A DNA stretch of 61,657 nucleotides, the filler included, from Sphacelaria rigidula (taxonomy: Eukaryota), in the NCBI GenBank assembly GCA_964200075.2. It is 11 parts of 11 records of this genome, joined end to end, with 100 filler letters (N's around TTAATTAATTAA, not from the genome) between each part and the next. Parts side by side here need not be neighbours in the genome. Positions count along the whole stretch, not along the records: positions 22,461 to 27,974 come from CAXNAA020026706.1; positions 28,075 to 33,588 come from CAXNAA020026707.1; positions 33,689 to 39,202 come from CAXNAA020026708.1; 8 more parts are not named here. One strand, given 5' to 3'. The position numbers were made by a program, and so were the translations under genes. The notes under the pieces are model-generated. The model was not told the DNA's origin. It ran no database searches and saw only the letters and a list, made by a program, of their open reading frames with translations. Shown piece by piece: positions 23,761 to 35,511 of the stretch. Each line of letters opens with the position of its first letter. Position 1 is the stretch's first letter.

Positions 23761-26759
23761 CGTAACAAGAGCGTCCATCTCCGAAGAATCAAGAGCCCCC
23801 CACCGCAGCCTCAACTTCCTGCCCCTACCGTCCACTCCGTGATCCTCCCCCCTCTCAACAATAGCCCGTGATACAAGGACAGCTTCCGCGGACCTGACCC
23901 CCTCCGGCGCCTTCCCAATCTGAGCGTCGCAAGCGTCCGAGATAGGATAACCAGGGTGGGCCGTATTCCGGAGGGCATGGGTAGCTTCAAGCGCCGCCCT
24001 CGCCGCCTCATTCGCCTCACGCACAACCAACCCCCGCCGTTGCGACGCCGGGAAAAATGCCAATTCCAACACGGGAACTCCCAGGCGCCGCAGCACCGCC
24101 ACGAGTCGCTTAAGCCGCGTTGGCTCTTCAACCTCAGTATCCTGCCCAAACGAAGAAGCCGGGGCGGCAGCCGGGGCTGCAGCCCTCGGCGGCGGCGGCG
24201 GCGGCGGTGACGAGCTGGCGGCCGAGTGCACGGAAGGCGGTGGCGGCGGCAGGGATGAGGGTGGACGCGTGGCTGCGCCGGTATTTCGCGACGGTGCGGC
24301 GCTGTCGGCGCTTCGTCCGCCGGAGGCAGTGACAGCTGCGGCAGCTGCGGTAGCAGCGTTGGGTGATACAGCGGCGGCACCTGAGGATCCCGAGGCACCG
24401 GCGGAGTTTTCTCCGCTGGAGGCGGAGGGTGATGCTTGAGGAGCGGCGGCGGTTATTGATGTTAAAGGGGATGTTTCCTGAGGCACGTCGGTCGTTTCCA
24501 TGCCGTCGTTGTCGGTGTCGTACTCTAGAAGATCGTGGCCACCCTCGTCTTCTTCCTCTTCTTCCTCTTTTTGGTCTGCCTCCGCGTTTGCCCCCGCCAG
24601 GTTTGCCTCCGCCGCCTGCTTCGCCAGCAACTCCTGCAACTCCCGCTGAAAAGATGGAGAGTTGGCGGCGATGGAAATGGGTACATTTGATGGAGAAAGT
24701 GGAGTGAATTGATGTCAACATAAGTCAAGCGCGTGTGACGAGCGGCAGAGTGCGTGAGGGAAATGCTGTGCTCGCGCGTGTGTGTCTGGGCAGGGGGAGG
24801 GGAGGGCGGATGACAGCATCTTTTCGCAACGTTGCTTCACACCACCAAGTAGACGAAATCATAGTGCAGTAAGACGAGGTAACGCTCACCCGCGACTCGC
24901 ACAATGTTGAACTCGCTTCGCGTGACAAAGCAAAACAAGACGAGAACAAAACAACACAAGGTCAAACTTCGCGTCGGCAATAGAGGGTACCACGATCTTT
25001 GGCGACAACATTGCTCGGCAGCGACAATTTCAACCTCTGCACACTCGAGCCGCCGTGAAGTGGACGGTCCGCTCAAGAGCACATCGCAATCATTAGCCTC
25101 GCGCCAAAAGAATCGACATCAGCTATTTGCCGCCAACAAGGCTTGAGGAACCAAATTGTGCTCTTTTTCCTAAGGTCTTCTTGCCTCGTCCTTTTCATCC
25201 GCTGCGGTCTCGGCCCTGGCTGTAGCTGCCACAGCCACCGCAAGCCCCCGCATCTTCACCTCATTCACCATGCTGGGGCATGCGCGGACAACCTGACATG
25301 TTTTGGACCGCAGTAGTAGCAGCCGCAGCGTCAGCCAGGGAAAACGGAGAGGGAGTGGGGGGTAGGGTGAATTTACTTTTCTCAGGGAAATGAAAGGAAA
25401 TGCTTCGGTGCCACATTTTGCACGTGTACAGGGGGAGCGCGCGCGCGGGGGGCAAGTGCAAGCCGCAAGGGTTGTAGAACATGCAAAGTATGACATGGTT
25501 GACGTGTGCGATGCGCGCGCGCTACGTTTACTTTCGGCCGCTCTTGCAAAAACAACTCAAGGACCCCTTAGTACGGGTTATGAGAGTGAGTCTTTGCCGA
25601 AATGTACCGCAAGGTCGTAGATATTTGAAGCGAGATTTTGGTTTGTAGGATATCTGGCATCAGTGCATTGGAGTCCGGGGGAGCGCTTATATTCCACCCA
25701 CACAAGAAAATTGGCTAATAAATAGGGTGTGCAAGAACACTCGAATGCGACAAAATATCCTTTTTTCTGACAAACGCTTTTTGTCTTCCTTTTTTCCGGG
25801 GTTTGCGAGACGAATCACTAGTGTGGAGCTATGCGGACCGGACAAACTCCAACACTCTTCATCCCTCTCTCTTCCTGTACATCATGGCAATGCAAGATGC
25901 CAGGGTGCTCGCAGCTGCCACGGGAGGCCATGACGTCTCTAAACATGCACGTACAATGACATCGTCGGACAGCAGACGGAGCCTACATGGGAACAAAACA
26001 GAGCAAAACACGTGTTTGGTGCAAAAAAACATGTACGTGTTCATGTACGTGGATAAGACCGACATTAATGTCCCCATATTATCTGCGGTGCCGCGCAGAT
26101 ATGCAAAATCCAGTACCCACTGGCCGAGTTCCCGCACAAGCACACATTCCCCATGAGCAGTCCGAACCGTACCGCGATCCCTGGCATCGCATCGCACCGC
26201 ACCACACTGCACCATGCCGTCCCGCACCGCGGAAATGCCGTGAAGCGAGCATACCGCTCCGCAGTAACCACAATATATCAAAGGGTGTACGTTCACCGCG
26301 TGGGTGCCGTAGTCGTCCAGCAACGTACCGCACCGTCCTGCAGTCTCGGGAAAACCCATACTCATGTCGTGCTTCCGAGTGGAAGCAAGAGAACAAAATG
26401 CCATCCCGCATTGTACCATACATGCTCTACAGGTACCATGGTGATGCTGCGACAATCAAGCACTATGTATGCCCCTGTAATCATTTTCGAAATACTGAAA
26501 CCAAAAAAATAGCCCTAGACGGTTTGCCCCGGGGGAGACATGGGTGTCTAGGTACACTCGGATGCACGATCCAGAGCTTGCAGTCAGCGATAAATAACCG
26601 GAATACCGAGCCGAAACAGGGAATTATGTTCGCGCAACCAGTACAACCGCCTTAGTGACCGCATGCCGACTATGAAACGAGACACACGAGTGACACGAAC
26701 ATTGTAATCACCTTCGTCTGCATCTACCCTCTACCGAAAGCACATCGTCTCCCCACCCC

Positions 26760-26793
<34 letters not shown>

Positions 26794-27127
26794 GCTGCAA
26801 TATGGAGCAAGACACCAGCTCGCCCGTGGTGATCGGCAACAGCGGCCATCTGCGCAATGACGTAATTCTAGCGGCCTCCAGCAGGGACACCTCGCTCCAG
26901 AAGAGCGCCACCCATGAGGCCTTCGGGGGTACATTCCCGCCGGTACCGGCGCCAGCCCCGCCAGCTTGACCCGATGGGTTGCCGCTGTTGTTAGCGGCCG
27001 CGGCGGTGGGCGGCACAGCCTGCCCGCCTCGCCAGCCGACGAACTTCTCATCCTTCCAGCCTCGGGGTAGCACCATGTGCAGATTATCGGCGATGATCGT
27101 GGGTGTGCACCGTACGATACCCATCAT
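23761..27127 (-). CDS. Sacsin-like protein, internal exons 27127-26792, 25292-25185, 24645-23761
   Basis: Phase-0 exons. The motifs VLPRGW..FVGW, SWVALFWSEV..LRRWPLLPITTGEL and LRRLGVPVLE resemble sacsin repeat regions. Family assigned by motif recall only. Confidence 0.65.
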
Positions 27128-27202
27128 CTGTTTTGGGGTGCACACAAACGGGGGTCATATGGCGGAGCGATATGGCAGGGGCGGGAGAGGTGCGACCGAC
27201 GG

Positions 27203-27375
27203 GAGGGGGGAAGGGAGGGGGAGGTATATTCATTATCTTGCATGCCATAGACATATGGCCAATGACTTAGCATCCCTACGAAACCGGGACGGAGCATGCT
27301 GGGTTTTCGCCGGACCAGACTCGCAATGAATCACCAAGCACGAAGCATCGTGGTGTGCTCGGCGAGATGCACCGA
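27203..27375 (-). mobile_element. SINE-like or sister-LINE repeat sharing the LINE 3' end (other pieces at 15642-15693, 22300-22360, 49045-49150, 57015-57043)
   Basis: Minus-strand end ...GGCATGCATGATCATGARTACACCCC plus a C-rich tail. The body CTGGTCCGGCGAAAACCC is shared with 49045-49150. Confidence 0.6.
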
Positions 27376-28074
27376 GGGGTGAGCTGCATCCTGCTAAGAT
27401 TGTACGGTAAGGGAAGTGGGGTTACTATATTCAACAAACACCCGCTCAAACTGTTTAGATCGTAGGCAAGGCGTACGTAGATATAAGAAGCACGAAAAAC
27501 ATCAGCACGCAGGGAGTATAATGCAGTTCTGACTTGACACGTTCGCTCTTGGTGAGGTATATGTTGCAATAAATCATTGTGTAGGAACAAAGAAACCAGG
27601 CCAGAGCATGAAAAAGAGTCGGGGACGTTATACGGCTCTGTACATGAGTTGCGGTGCATACCCAGGGTCGGGCAAAATATTGCTCGATTTCCGGGCCAAC
27701 TGAGAGCCCTGGTCTGTTTTCCTACTTGGAAAAAACGGGGTTTGTGCATTACATATCTATAATAGAGAGACACGCTCATCGGCAACCAGGTAGAAGGAGA
27801 AAAATTACCACCAAGATTATTCGCCGTGCTTTTCGTTGTTCCTCTTCTTCGTTCAATTATTTACTCTGTTTTATCCTTCTTTCATCCCCCTCCCCTCCTT
27901 CCTTCAAGATATGTAAGAGTTTCTTGTGTAATGTATGGAAGAAACGTAATGAGCTACGGAAGGAAAGTAATGAGNNNNNNNNNNNNNNNNNNNNNNNNNN
28001 NNNNNNNNNNNNNNNNNNTTAATTAATTAANNNNNNNNNNNNNNNNNNNNNNNNNNNNNNNNNNNNNNNNNNNN

Positions 28075-30334
28075 TCTTGCAAGTCCAAGACTCCTTTCAA
28101 TGCACTCTTAATTTGAACATCGTCCAGAACATCACACTTCCATTCCCCCGCCGACGAGGGTGCCAGCACCGAGAGAGACGTCCGAGGGGCACGGTCAAAC
28201 ATCACGTGATACGGCGTACTATCGTACCGACGGCGATGTGCTGTATTTAGCACCCATTGCACAGCGGGCAACACGCCCACCCACTCGGTCACCTCTCGAC
28301 GCTGCTCGAGAAGAATAGAGCGAAGAGCACGAACTACTTCCTTTACCATGCTTTCGCACGTACCGTTCGACCACGGAGAATACGCTACCGTAAACCGGTG
28401 ATCAACGCGCAAAGCCTCTCGCAACCGAGCCAAGATCGCATTCTTGAAATGCGTGGCGGTATCACTCACCCACACAGGCGGCACCCCCAAAGGTTTGCAC
28501 CAGTTCAGCAAAGACGTAGCCATCAATTCAGCAGTACACACGGCTACTGGTTCCAGAGCCACAAAATTGCTCAAATCATCCATGATGACCAAAATGTATC
28601 GGAACCCAGCATCCTCCGAAAAACCTTGGGGAGCTAGCGGGCCACTCTCGCCCACGTGTAAGAAGTCAAAATGAACGACTTCATTCGGCATGGGACCGTT
28701 TCACCGAGCGGGCGGGGAACAACATCGCCCGCCCTCGAGCCAGCACAGTGAAGACACTGGCGGACAAATTTGCGCAAATTAATTTCTATCCCCTGCCAGA
28801 CACAAAACTCTTGCAAGCGCACGAGCGTCGCAGCCACACCACGATGCCCGGCATCGCGCATGTGCGCAAAAATCATCAAGCGTGCCTGCAACTGCTTGTC
28901 AGAACTCGGAATCCACAAAACGTTGCGACTACGCACGTGCACACGAAACAGACGTTCATCGTCCAAGATAGCAGTACCAACGTCCGACTCGAAATATTGC
29001 ACATCCGCATCCTCGGCCCCAAGGTCTTTTCGTTGCGCTTGACGGACAACAGATTTGGACGGTATCGAGTCATCAGGTTCGCATGGGCCATACACAGCCA
29101 CAGCGCGCGCAGGCAACGTGGGAATATTTATCCAGCGCGACAGCAAGTCACCCCACGCGTTACGCTCACCCGAAATATGACAAATCGTGTACTGATACTG
29201 TCCTAATACTCCTTTCCACCCCTCCAATCGCTGTGCCAACGCCTTTGACACAGACGTCACGCATGCCTCCGGGTTGAACATGTACGCTAGATTTCGGTGA
29301 TCCGTGAAAATGTGTACGCCATTCCACAATAAATGCTCAAGACGACGAAAAGTGCTCACGATAGCAAAACCTTCCTTGTCAATTTTTGCCCAACGCATAT
29401 GTGAACCCTTGAAATCACCACTCAGAAACAACAGCGGTTCATGCGTCATGTCTTCAACCGGCACCCGTTGTTGCATTTCTGCATCAGGCACCTGCGTTAC
29501 AAAACTACCCCTATTGCGCTCAAATGCATCCGGAAACATTGACACCTGACGATCTGGACGAGGATGAAGCGGCGCTACTGCATCAGCCACTAGATCCTTC
29601 GCTGCCGCCCACGCCTGAAGCCTGTCCTCCGTCCACGATGCAGCCTTCTTCGGAAACGCATTATCCGGACTGGACCACCTCGCCTGCAAATTCCGTAACA
29701 CCAACCCGAGCGCGAAAACAGCCGCCATGCACAATGCCAACCAACTCGGCTTCACTGTATCGTACCGCCGCGGCTTCGTCTTCACCGCGAACGCCCCAGG
29801 TTTTGGCTGAACAGGCACGGGCTCCACGCGCGCAGGGGGATCACCCCGCAGCGCACGACGAAACGCGTTGACGCGGCGATGCAATATGCCGCGCAGGCGC
29901 TTCGCTTTTGAGATGCTGAGGCTTTTCGCCCCAGCATTCGTCACGCTCTCCTCCAGCGCGACTTCCCGAGGGGACTTCTCATCCGCCGGATCAATAGATT
30001 TCTCCGAGCCACGCTCCACCAAGCGTTCCACCGCCTCATCACGCTCCTCGGACACCTGCCCCCCCGCCTCCGGGAGAGCATCAATCGACAAGCTCACTCT
30101 GCGACTGGCCAAAAAAGCAGGCGTCTCGACACTCGAACCGGGCGACGGCATTTTCGTTTTTAGGGACTCCAACAACCGATCATACGGATCGACTCCGAGT
30201 CCCCGAAGCGTCGGTAGGCCCAACAGAACGACATTATCCGTCCCCGGCATGATCGCGAACGATATTGGGGGTAATTTTGCTGGCCCCCAAGTAGTCAGGA
30301 ACGCCAACTGTAGGGGAATCGTACGCTCCGTCAC
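28075..30334 (-). pseudogene. Gypsy pol (protease end, deleted RT, RNase H, integrase)
   Basis: ORFs 28634..30334 and 28023..28691, joined by a frameshift. Confidence 0.92.
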
Positions 30335-30343
30335 ATTTATACG

Positions 30344-31875
30344 TTACCCAGATGCGGGGATGGCCTGCCGCGCCCCGAGCGAGAACGGAATTCGGATTTG
30401 CTCACCGGGGAGTAGACGCTCCAGCATCTCCACTATTAGCACCGACACGCTCGTGAAGTGGGCGTCTGAATCCAACACCGCTTTAACCGATATAGCTCCA
30501 CGCGCCCGTTGATCGGGCAAATATAACTCGGCAGGGACATAATTGTCTTGGTCCTCGACCGGCACTTGCTCCGCCGACTGATGGGTCGTAATCCCCACTT
30601 GGCGCCACGGCTGCGCGCGCGGCGCAGGCAGAGACGCCCTCGCTGGGGTCACTGGCACCGCCGGCGGGTACGAAGCCCCGCCTGCAGAACCAAATTGCAG
30701 CGGTACCCCGGCCGGCGCAGCAGCGGATTTAAATTTCAGCTGAAAACCGGCCGGCTCCGCAGCCGGCGTCTCGCCCTGCTCTGCTGCCGGCGGCGCCGGC
30801 ACCGAGCCCGACACTAGAGAGGTCGGTCCCACCTGCACCACCCGTTGCGGAGCAGCAGCCCCTGCGGCTGAACCGAACCCAGAACCGGACCCCAGCTGAC
30901 GCCGCTGCCCCTGCTGCTGCTGTTGCTGCTGTTGCTGCTGTTGCTGAGAAGTCGACTGTGCACCTCCCCCGCTGGAGGATCCGCCGCCGCCGCCACCGCG
31001 ACTACCTCGCCTTTTTCCTTTGTGAGGGTGCGCGGCACTCGTCTTCCCAGACTCCCCCTCAGAAGGCGTTGGGAAATTCCGTGCGATGTGACCGACCTGG
31101 CCACACTGAAAGCAAGTAAAATTGGAGGCGGCACTGCCTGCGGATTTTGATCCGCGGTTACGCGAGCTCGAAGAATGCGGCGACGAAGTGGATGACTTTC
31201 CGAATACTTTGACCCGCCGCCACGCCTGAGCTTCAGCCACCACCGTATCCATGACTAAATACGGGTCCGACTTCCAATTTGTTTCGTGCTGTAACTGTAC
31301 AAGCAGGGCCTGCTTAAATTCCTCCGGGGCCAGACCCTCCACCATCGCTTTGGTGACCATCGCAGCGGGCCCTGGGCGAAATTTTCCATCGGACGAACGA
31401 TAAATCATCTCCACGTTGAGATTTTCCGCAAAATACGTTTCCAACTTACCCGTTATGGGCTCTACCATCTCACGCATGGTCCTCGCCTTGTGGTTCATTA
31501 CGGCAGCCTTTGCCACGGCCGCGGACGCCTGAGGAAGCTCTACCTCTGCGCCTGCCGCATGCCCTGCGTGCTTCTTTATCGCTGCGGCCAACTGCAGCGG
31601 CGTTATGGTATGCTTTTCATGGAACCGTCTCGCGAAGACGCGTTGCAAGGGTGTAGGCACTAATCGCGCCATTGAAACCACCTGATGCCTCACCGCACCC
31701 CCTGCATTCGCATGCTCCACCCTCCTTTTGTATTCCATGTATTTCGTGTAAAACGATCTGGAGGCACCCTCGGGATACAAACTCCCGTAACTGTGCGGCC
31801 GCAACTCTTCCTTAGAACGACTGAGGTTACGGTTGTTTCCGCTGGCTCTATTGCCGGGACCTCCGTGGTCGACAT
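30344..31875 (-). pseudogene. Gypsy gag-protease
   Basis: ATG at 31875 (MSTTEVPAIE) frameshifts into ORF 30344..31804; degenerate zinc knuckle, polyQ linker, aspartic protease motif. Confidence 0.85.
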
Positions 31876-32186
31876 TCTCGAGCAGAAAATGAAAGATCTC
31901 TCAAACCTTCTGGAGCTTCAGTTCACACCTGCTTTCTTCGCCGCTCCAACACAGCCCTGGGGTCGTATAAACACCCGCTGTACGCAGCTCCAGCAAGTCT
32001 CCAGTCTGGATCAATCACGGACCAGCCGCCTTTGCAGCTGCCTCAGCTTGAAGCCTCCTCACGCGTCCGTGAAGCTCTATGCCCGAAACTAATCACAAGT
32101 TGTCCAGACTCTCCCTGCTAAAATGTTTAGCAGTCTCAAACGATAGCATCTACTAGCACGCCAAGCACTAGCACTAATATCGATAT

Positions 32187-32436
32187 TGTGACGCTAGCAG
32201 GTTTGCTAGTACTGCAGCATCTAAATGCTGTTGAGGGACTCCCCAGCTCCACTGGCCTCAAGGTCTTAGTTGTCAGCCCTCACAACACCTATTCATTATC
32301 GGAGTGAACACCTGCAACCCGGTGCCATCAGGCCTGGGCTACACAGCAAGGGTCATCATCCACAGGATGCCCTTGTCCCCTGGTCATCATCCAGGATCCA
32401 CTATATACTCAACCGTGACGGCGTGATTTCGCCACA
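32187..32436 (-). repeat. Putative 5' LTR of the Gypsy element (250 bp)
   Basis: Minus-strand termini TGTGGCG...CGTCACA form a 6/7 inverted repeat about 310 bp upstream of gag. Confidence 0.65.
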
Positions 32437-32879
32437 GGCCCCTGAATGAGAAAAATCTGGGTCCAAATAGGCAACTCCTACCGTAGCATGACTCTTCATA
32501 CTTGTGTTTCTTTGGGGATTGGATCATGATTATCATCGCGCCCGCACCCCCAGCCGATCTTTAGCGAAAAAAGCATCTCGAATGGTCGTCGGTGAACGTG
32601 TCCATCTCTATCCAAATCCTTGTCTTTGTGGGAAAATGAATGTAGTCACTGTTCGTCAGGCCATGGTGTAATGCCGGCCGAAGCTCTCGTCTCTTTCACG
32701 ACCTTGGGTTGGGAGGTGTATCTTCGTAGCACCTATCTATGCTTCCGTTTTCACATGATTGATTCCCAACTTTTACGACAGGCCGAGTTCCGCAGCAACA
32801 TTAGTGTTCGGTTTTGGCACTTTAAAGACATACCTGATGACACGAGATTGTACAAATTAATCGAGAATGTTTTGTTTTC

Positions 32880-33220
32880 GAGGATAAGCCTCGGGAACCT
32901 TCATAGGTATCGAAATATTTTCGAAACATTATGCGAATGCACTCTCCGGCCGTGATATGTGTGGCCTCGCTCATCCCCAAAAACCCACCCGCAACATGTG
33001 AATTTACGTGTTTATACCGAAGCAATTCCGACCCCCGTTCATTCCCGTACAAAAACTGTTCCTATTATTTGTTCATCCCCTGTTGACATGGGATTTTCCG
33101 AATCGCGGATGGAGTTTTTTCAAGTGTGAGCGGGGTAACACATCACGGCCGAAGGTTACACTTGGATTCACTTTCCGAAAATAGTTCGGTACTTATGATG
33201 GTTCCCAAGGCTCATCTTTC
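32880..33220. repeat. MITE-like inverted repeat (about 80-bp arms)
   Basis: 32880-32960 pairs imperfectly with 33139-33220. Confidence 0.65.
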
Positions 33221-35511
33221 AAAAAGTCAACCCGCAATCGGTGAAGTTCCGCGTTTGAAAAACAACATCATGTAGTCATTATTCTCGAATCATCGCTAGT
33301 GCCATGGTTTTAGAAGTTAATTCGTGGCGAGTGCGTATGGCGCTTCCACCAAACTAAGCAGAGTAATCAGAACGTCTCCTTGTGCCGAGTTGATGGACAG
33401 AGGGGAGGGGTGGGTAAAAGCATGGCACAGACATGAAAAACGGAGGTATGCATGATTTGAAGAGCTGTCCCGCCCCCCCCGCTCCCCGCTAAAAGGGTAA
33501 GGCACAGATAGGCAGGTTGGACGTGATCCTCAGAGACCCGCGCCTAGACACTAGGATCAAGAGATGTATCCTGATGAACGTGATCGTANNNNNNNNNNNN
33601 NNNNNNNNNNNNNNNNNNNNNNNNNNNNNNNNTTAATTAATTAANNNNNNNNNNNNNNNNNNNNNNNNNNNNNNNNNNNNNNNNNNNNGGGCCCAACTCT
33701 GAATGTATAAAAGAGCATGGGCCTGCAAACTTCAAATCCGCCTCTAGGCTGGCCCAGCTCGTAGTGTAGCTATTCTGGAGATGCGTGACTTGAAGGAAGA
33801 GCCGGTAACGAGTTCTAGGGCGTGATCGGAATGGCTAAGTGTGCGGTTCATCGGCCCACACTACCCCCATCCAGGTTAGTCTACTTGTCCAGGTATCCTC
33901 TTGTACTCTCGTCCAGTGGGAGTCAATCTGACCCTACCGTTTGAGAGGTACCTCATATACCTATTATACTAGTTTTGGTTTGTGTTACTATACTTGTAGT
34001 TCTCTGTGTGAACAGCAGGTGATGAGTATACTGTAATAGATATTCAACATCTGTGCTTTGCTACGGGTTCACAATGATGTTGTGAGCTGGTCTGCGACCT
34101 ACACTCATGCAGTCAATGTTGTATGGGTGACCGCAAAGGAAGGTACCGCAGTTTGGCTAAGGTCCATGTATTCGTATGGTCTTCACTCGCAATCACACGG
34201 TGAAGTACTGAGTGGCCCGGCAGTTATTGCTGTCCATATGACAGGCCAAGATTTTGCAGCATGCCTCATCTGACTGTTTGATTTGTTGCAACGGTGCATC
34301 ACGTGAGGACCTGATGCACCAGCATGAAACAATGTAGATAGCATGTACAAACGGCCACATCTGAATCATTCCGTATCTTACAGGCCACCACGAGGAAGCA
34401 CTTCATCACGGCGCGATCACTTTACCCGACACTCCTAAATCTCAAACCGCTGCAAAAGTAGGCAAAAAGTTATCCACCAGCCAACTCCATTCCAATGATG
34501 TACTATCAGCAGCGTATACCCACATTTTTTCTCAGCCTATATCATGACCCAATTTATTTCGTTCTTCAGGTCCGGCTTCTATCGCTCACGCAAAATTTTC
34601 AACGGACAAGCGACACCTAGGTGCTCAAAGAGCCCTTTTATCATATCAGGGGTTTGACACAGACAGCAGTCATCATAACAACGATTTTTAAAACCATAAT
34701 GAGCATTCGTGAGCACAAACATAGAAATCTCATCCGGATAAATCAACGTGCGACACCCTATCATTACAGCAAATATGTACTCCTAGTAGGCTACCGCAGC
34801 TACGTTAGTGGAGTGTTAACTCTCAGTGCAGCATTCGCTCTGTTGACAGCATGACATTGTAAGAAATCGGGCTGGGCCGTCCCAGTTTGGGCTTCACCCC
34901 CGATTTGACGATATAGTAGCTCAATACCAGGCGGTGAACGCATTTTGGCTCGGGCTTAACCCTTCACATGACAAGTATCATGTTGCTCCCCGTACGTAAC
35001 ACCTGTGGATGCAGGTGAATGAACAGCCCTCGACTTTGAAAAGCAGTACACAGCACTTGCTTCACGCAGGTGGTCGAGTTTTGTACCAAACACTGACCTC
35101 CTGCGTGCGGAATCTGATGTGATTTTTTGTGCACAAATCACTTGAAAAAAGGATCCAAAACTGACCCAAGAGAACGATCACCATCATCATCACCATCATA
35201 GCAACATTACTTAATAAGGAAATGGGTACTTATCTTACCACAACACACAACAAGTTAACCGAAAAAACTAGTGACGGGATAGTTCACAGTTTGCTCGCAA
35301 CAGTATGTTCTTATCTTCGTGCTTCACCTCACACGGGGAAGCCCGCGGCTATGCGTAGCCCGATAGGCAATAAACACGCAAAGGAGGACACAAAATACAA
35401 CGTCAATTCAACGGTACACAATAACACCGCCGAGACCCGCAATCAACAGCCCATGTCACATCCCACGACTACCACCGGCCGCAGATCAACGACACAAAAT
35501 TATTTTCATCT

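Larger units (their letters stand above)
28075..32436 (-). mobile_element. Ty3/Gypsy LTR retrotransposon, non-autonomous (RT core deleted), 3'-truncated by contig end
   Basis: Domain order gag-PR-(RT)-RH-IN. Knuckle CFQCGQVGHIARN; protease AVLDSDAH; RT start WSSP..PKK; RNase H FPDA, KEGFAI, IFTDHRNL; integrase H-GH...CLHC, HFDF, VSDTATHF, PWSNGTCE. Confidence 0.96.

Noticed and set aside
33689..35200. Short Cys-containing ORFs and the hairpin at 34293-34320 as a Helitron or piggyBac end
   Set aside because: No CTRR terminus or TTAA-CCC end was found and the translations are unconvincing.
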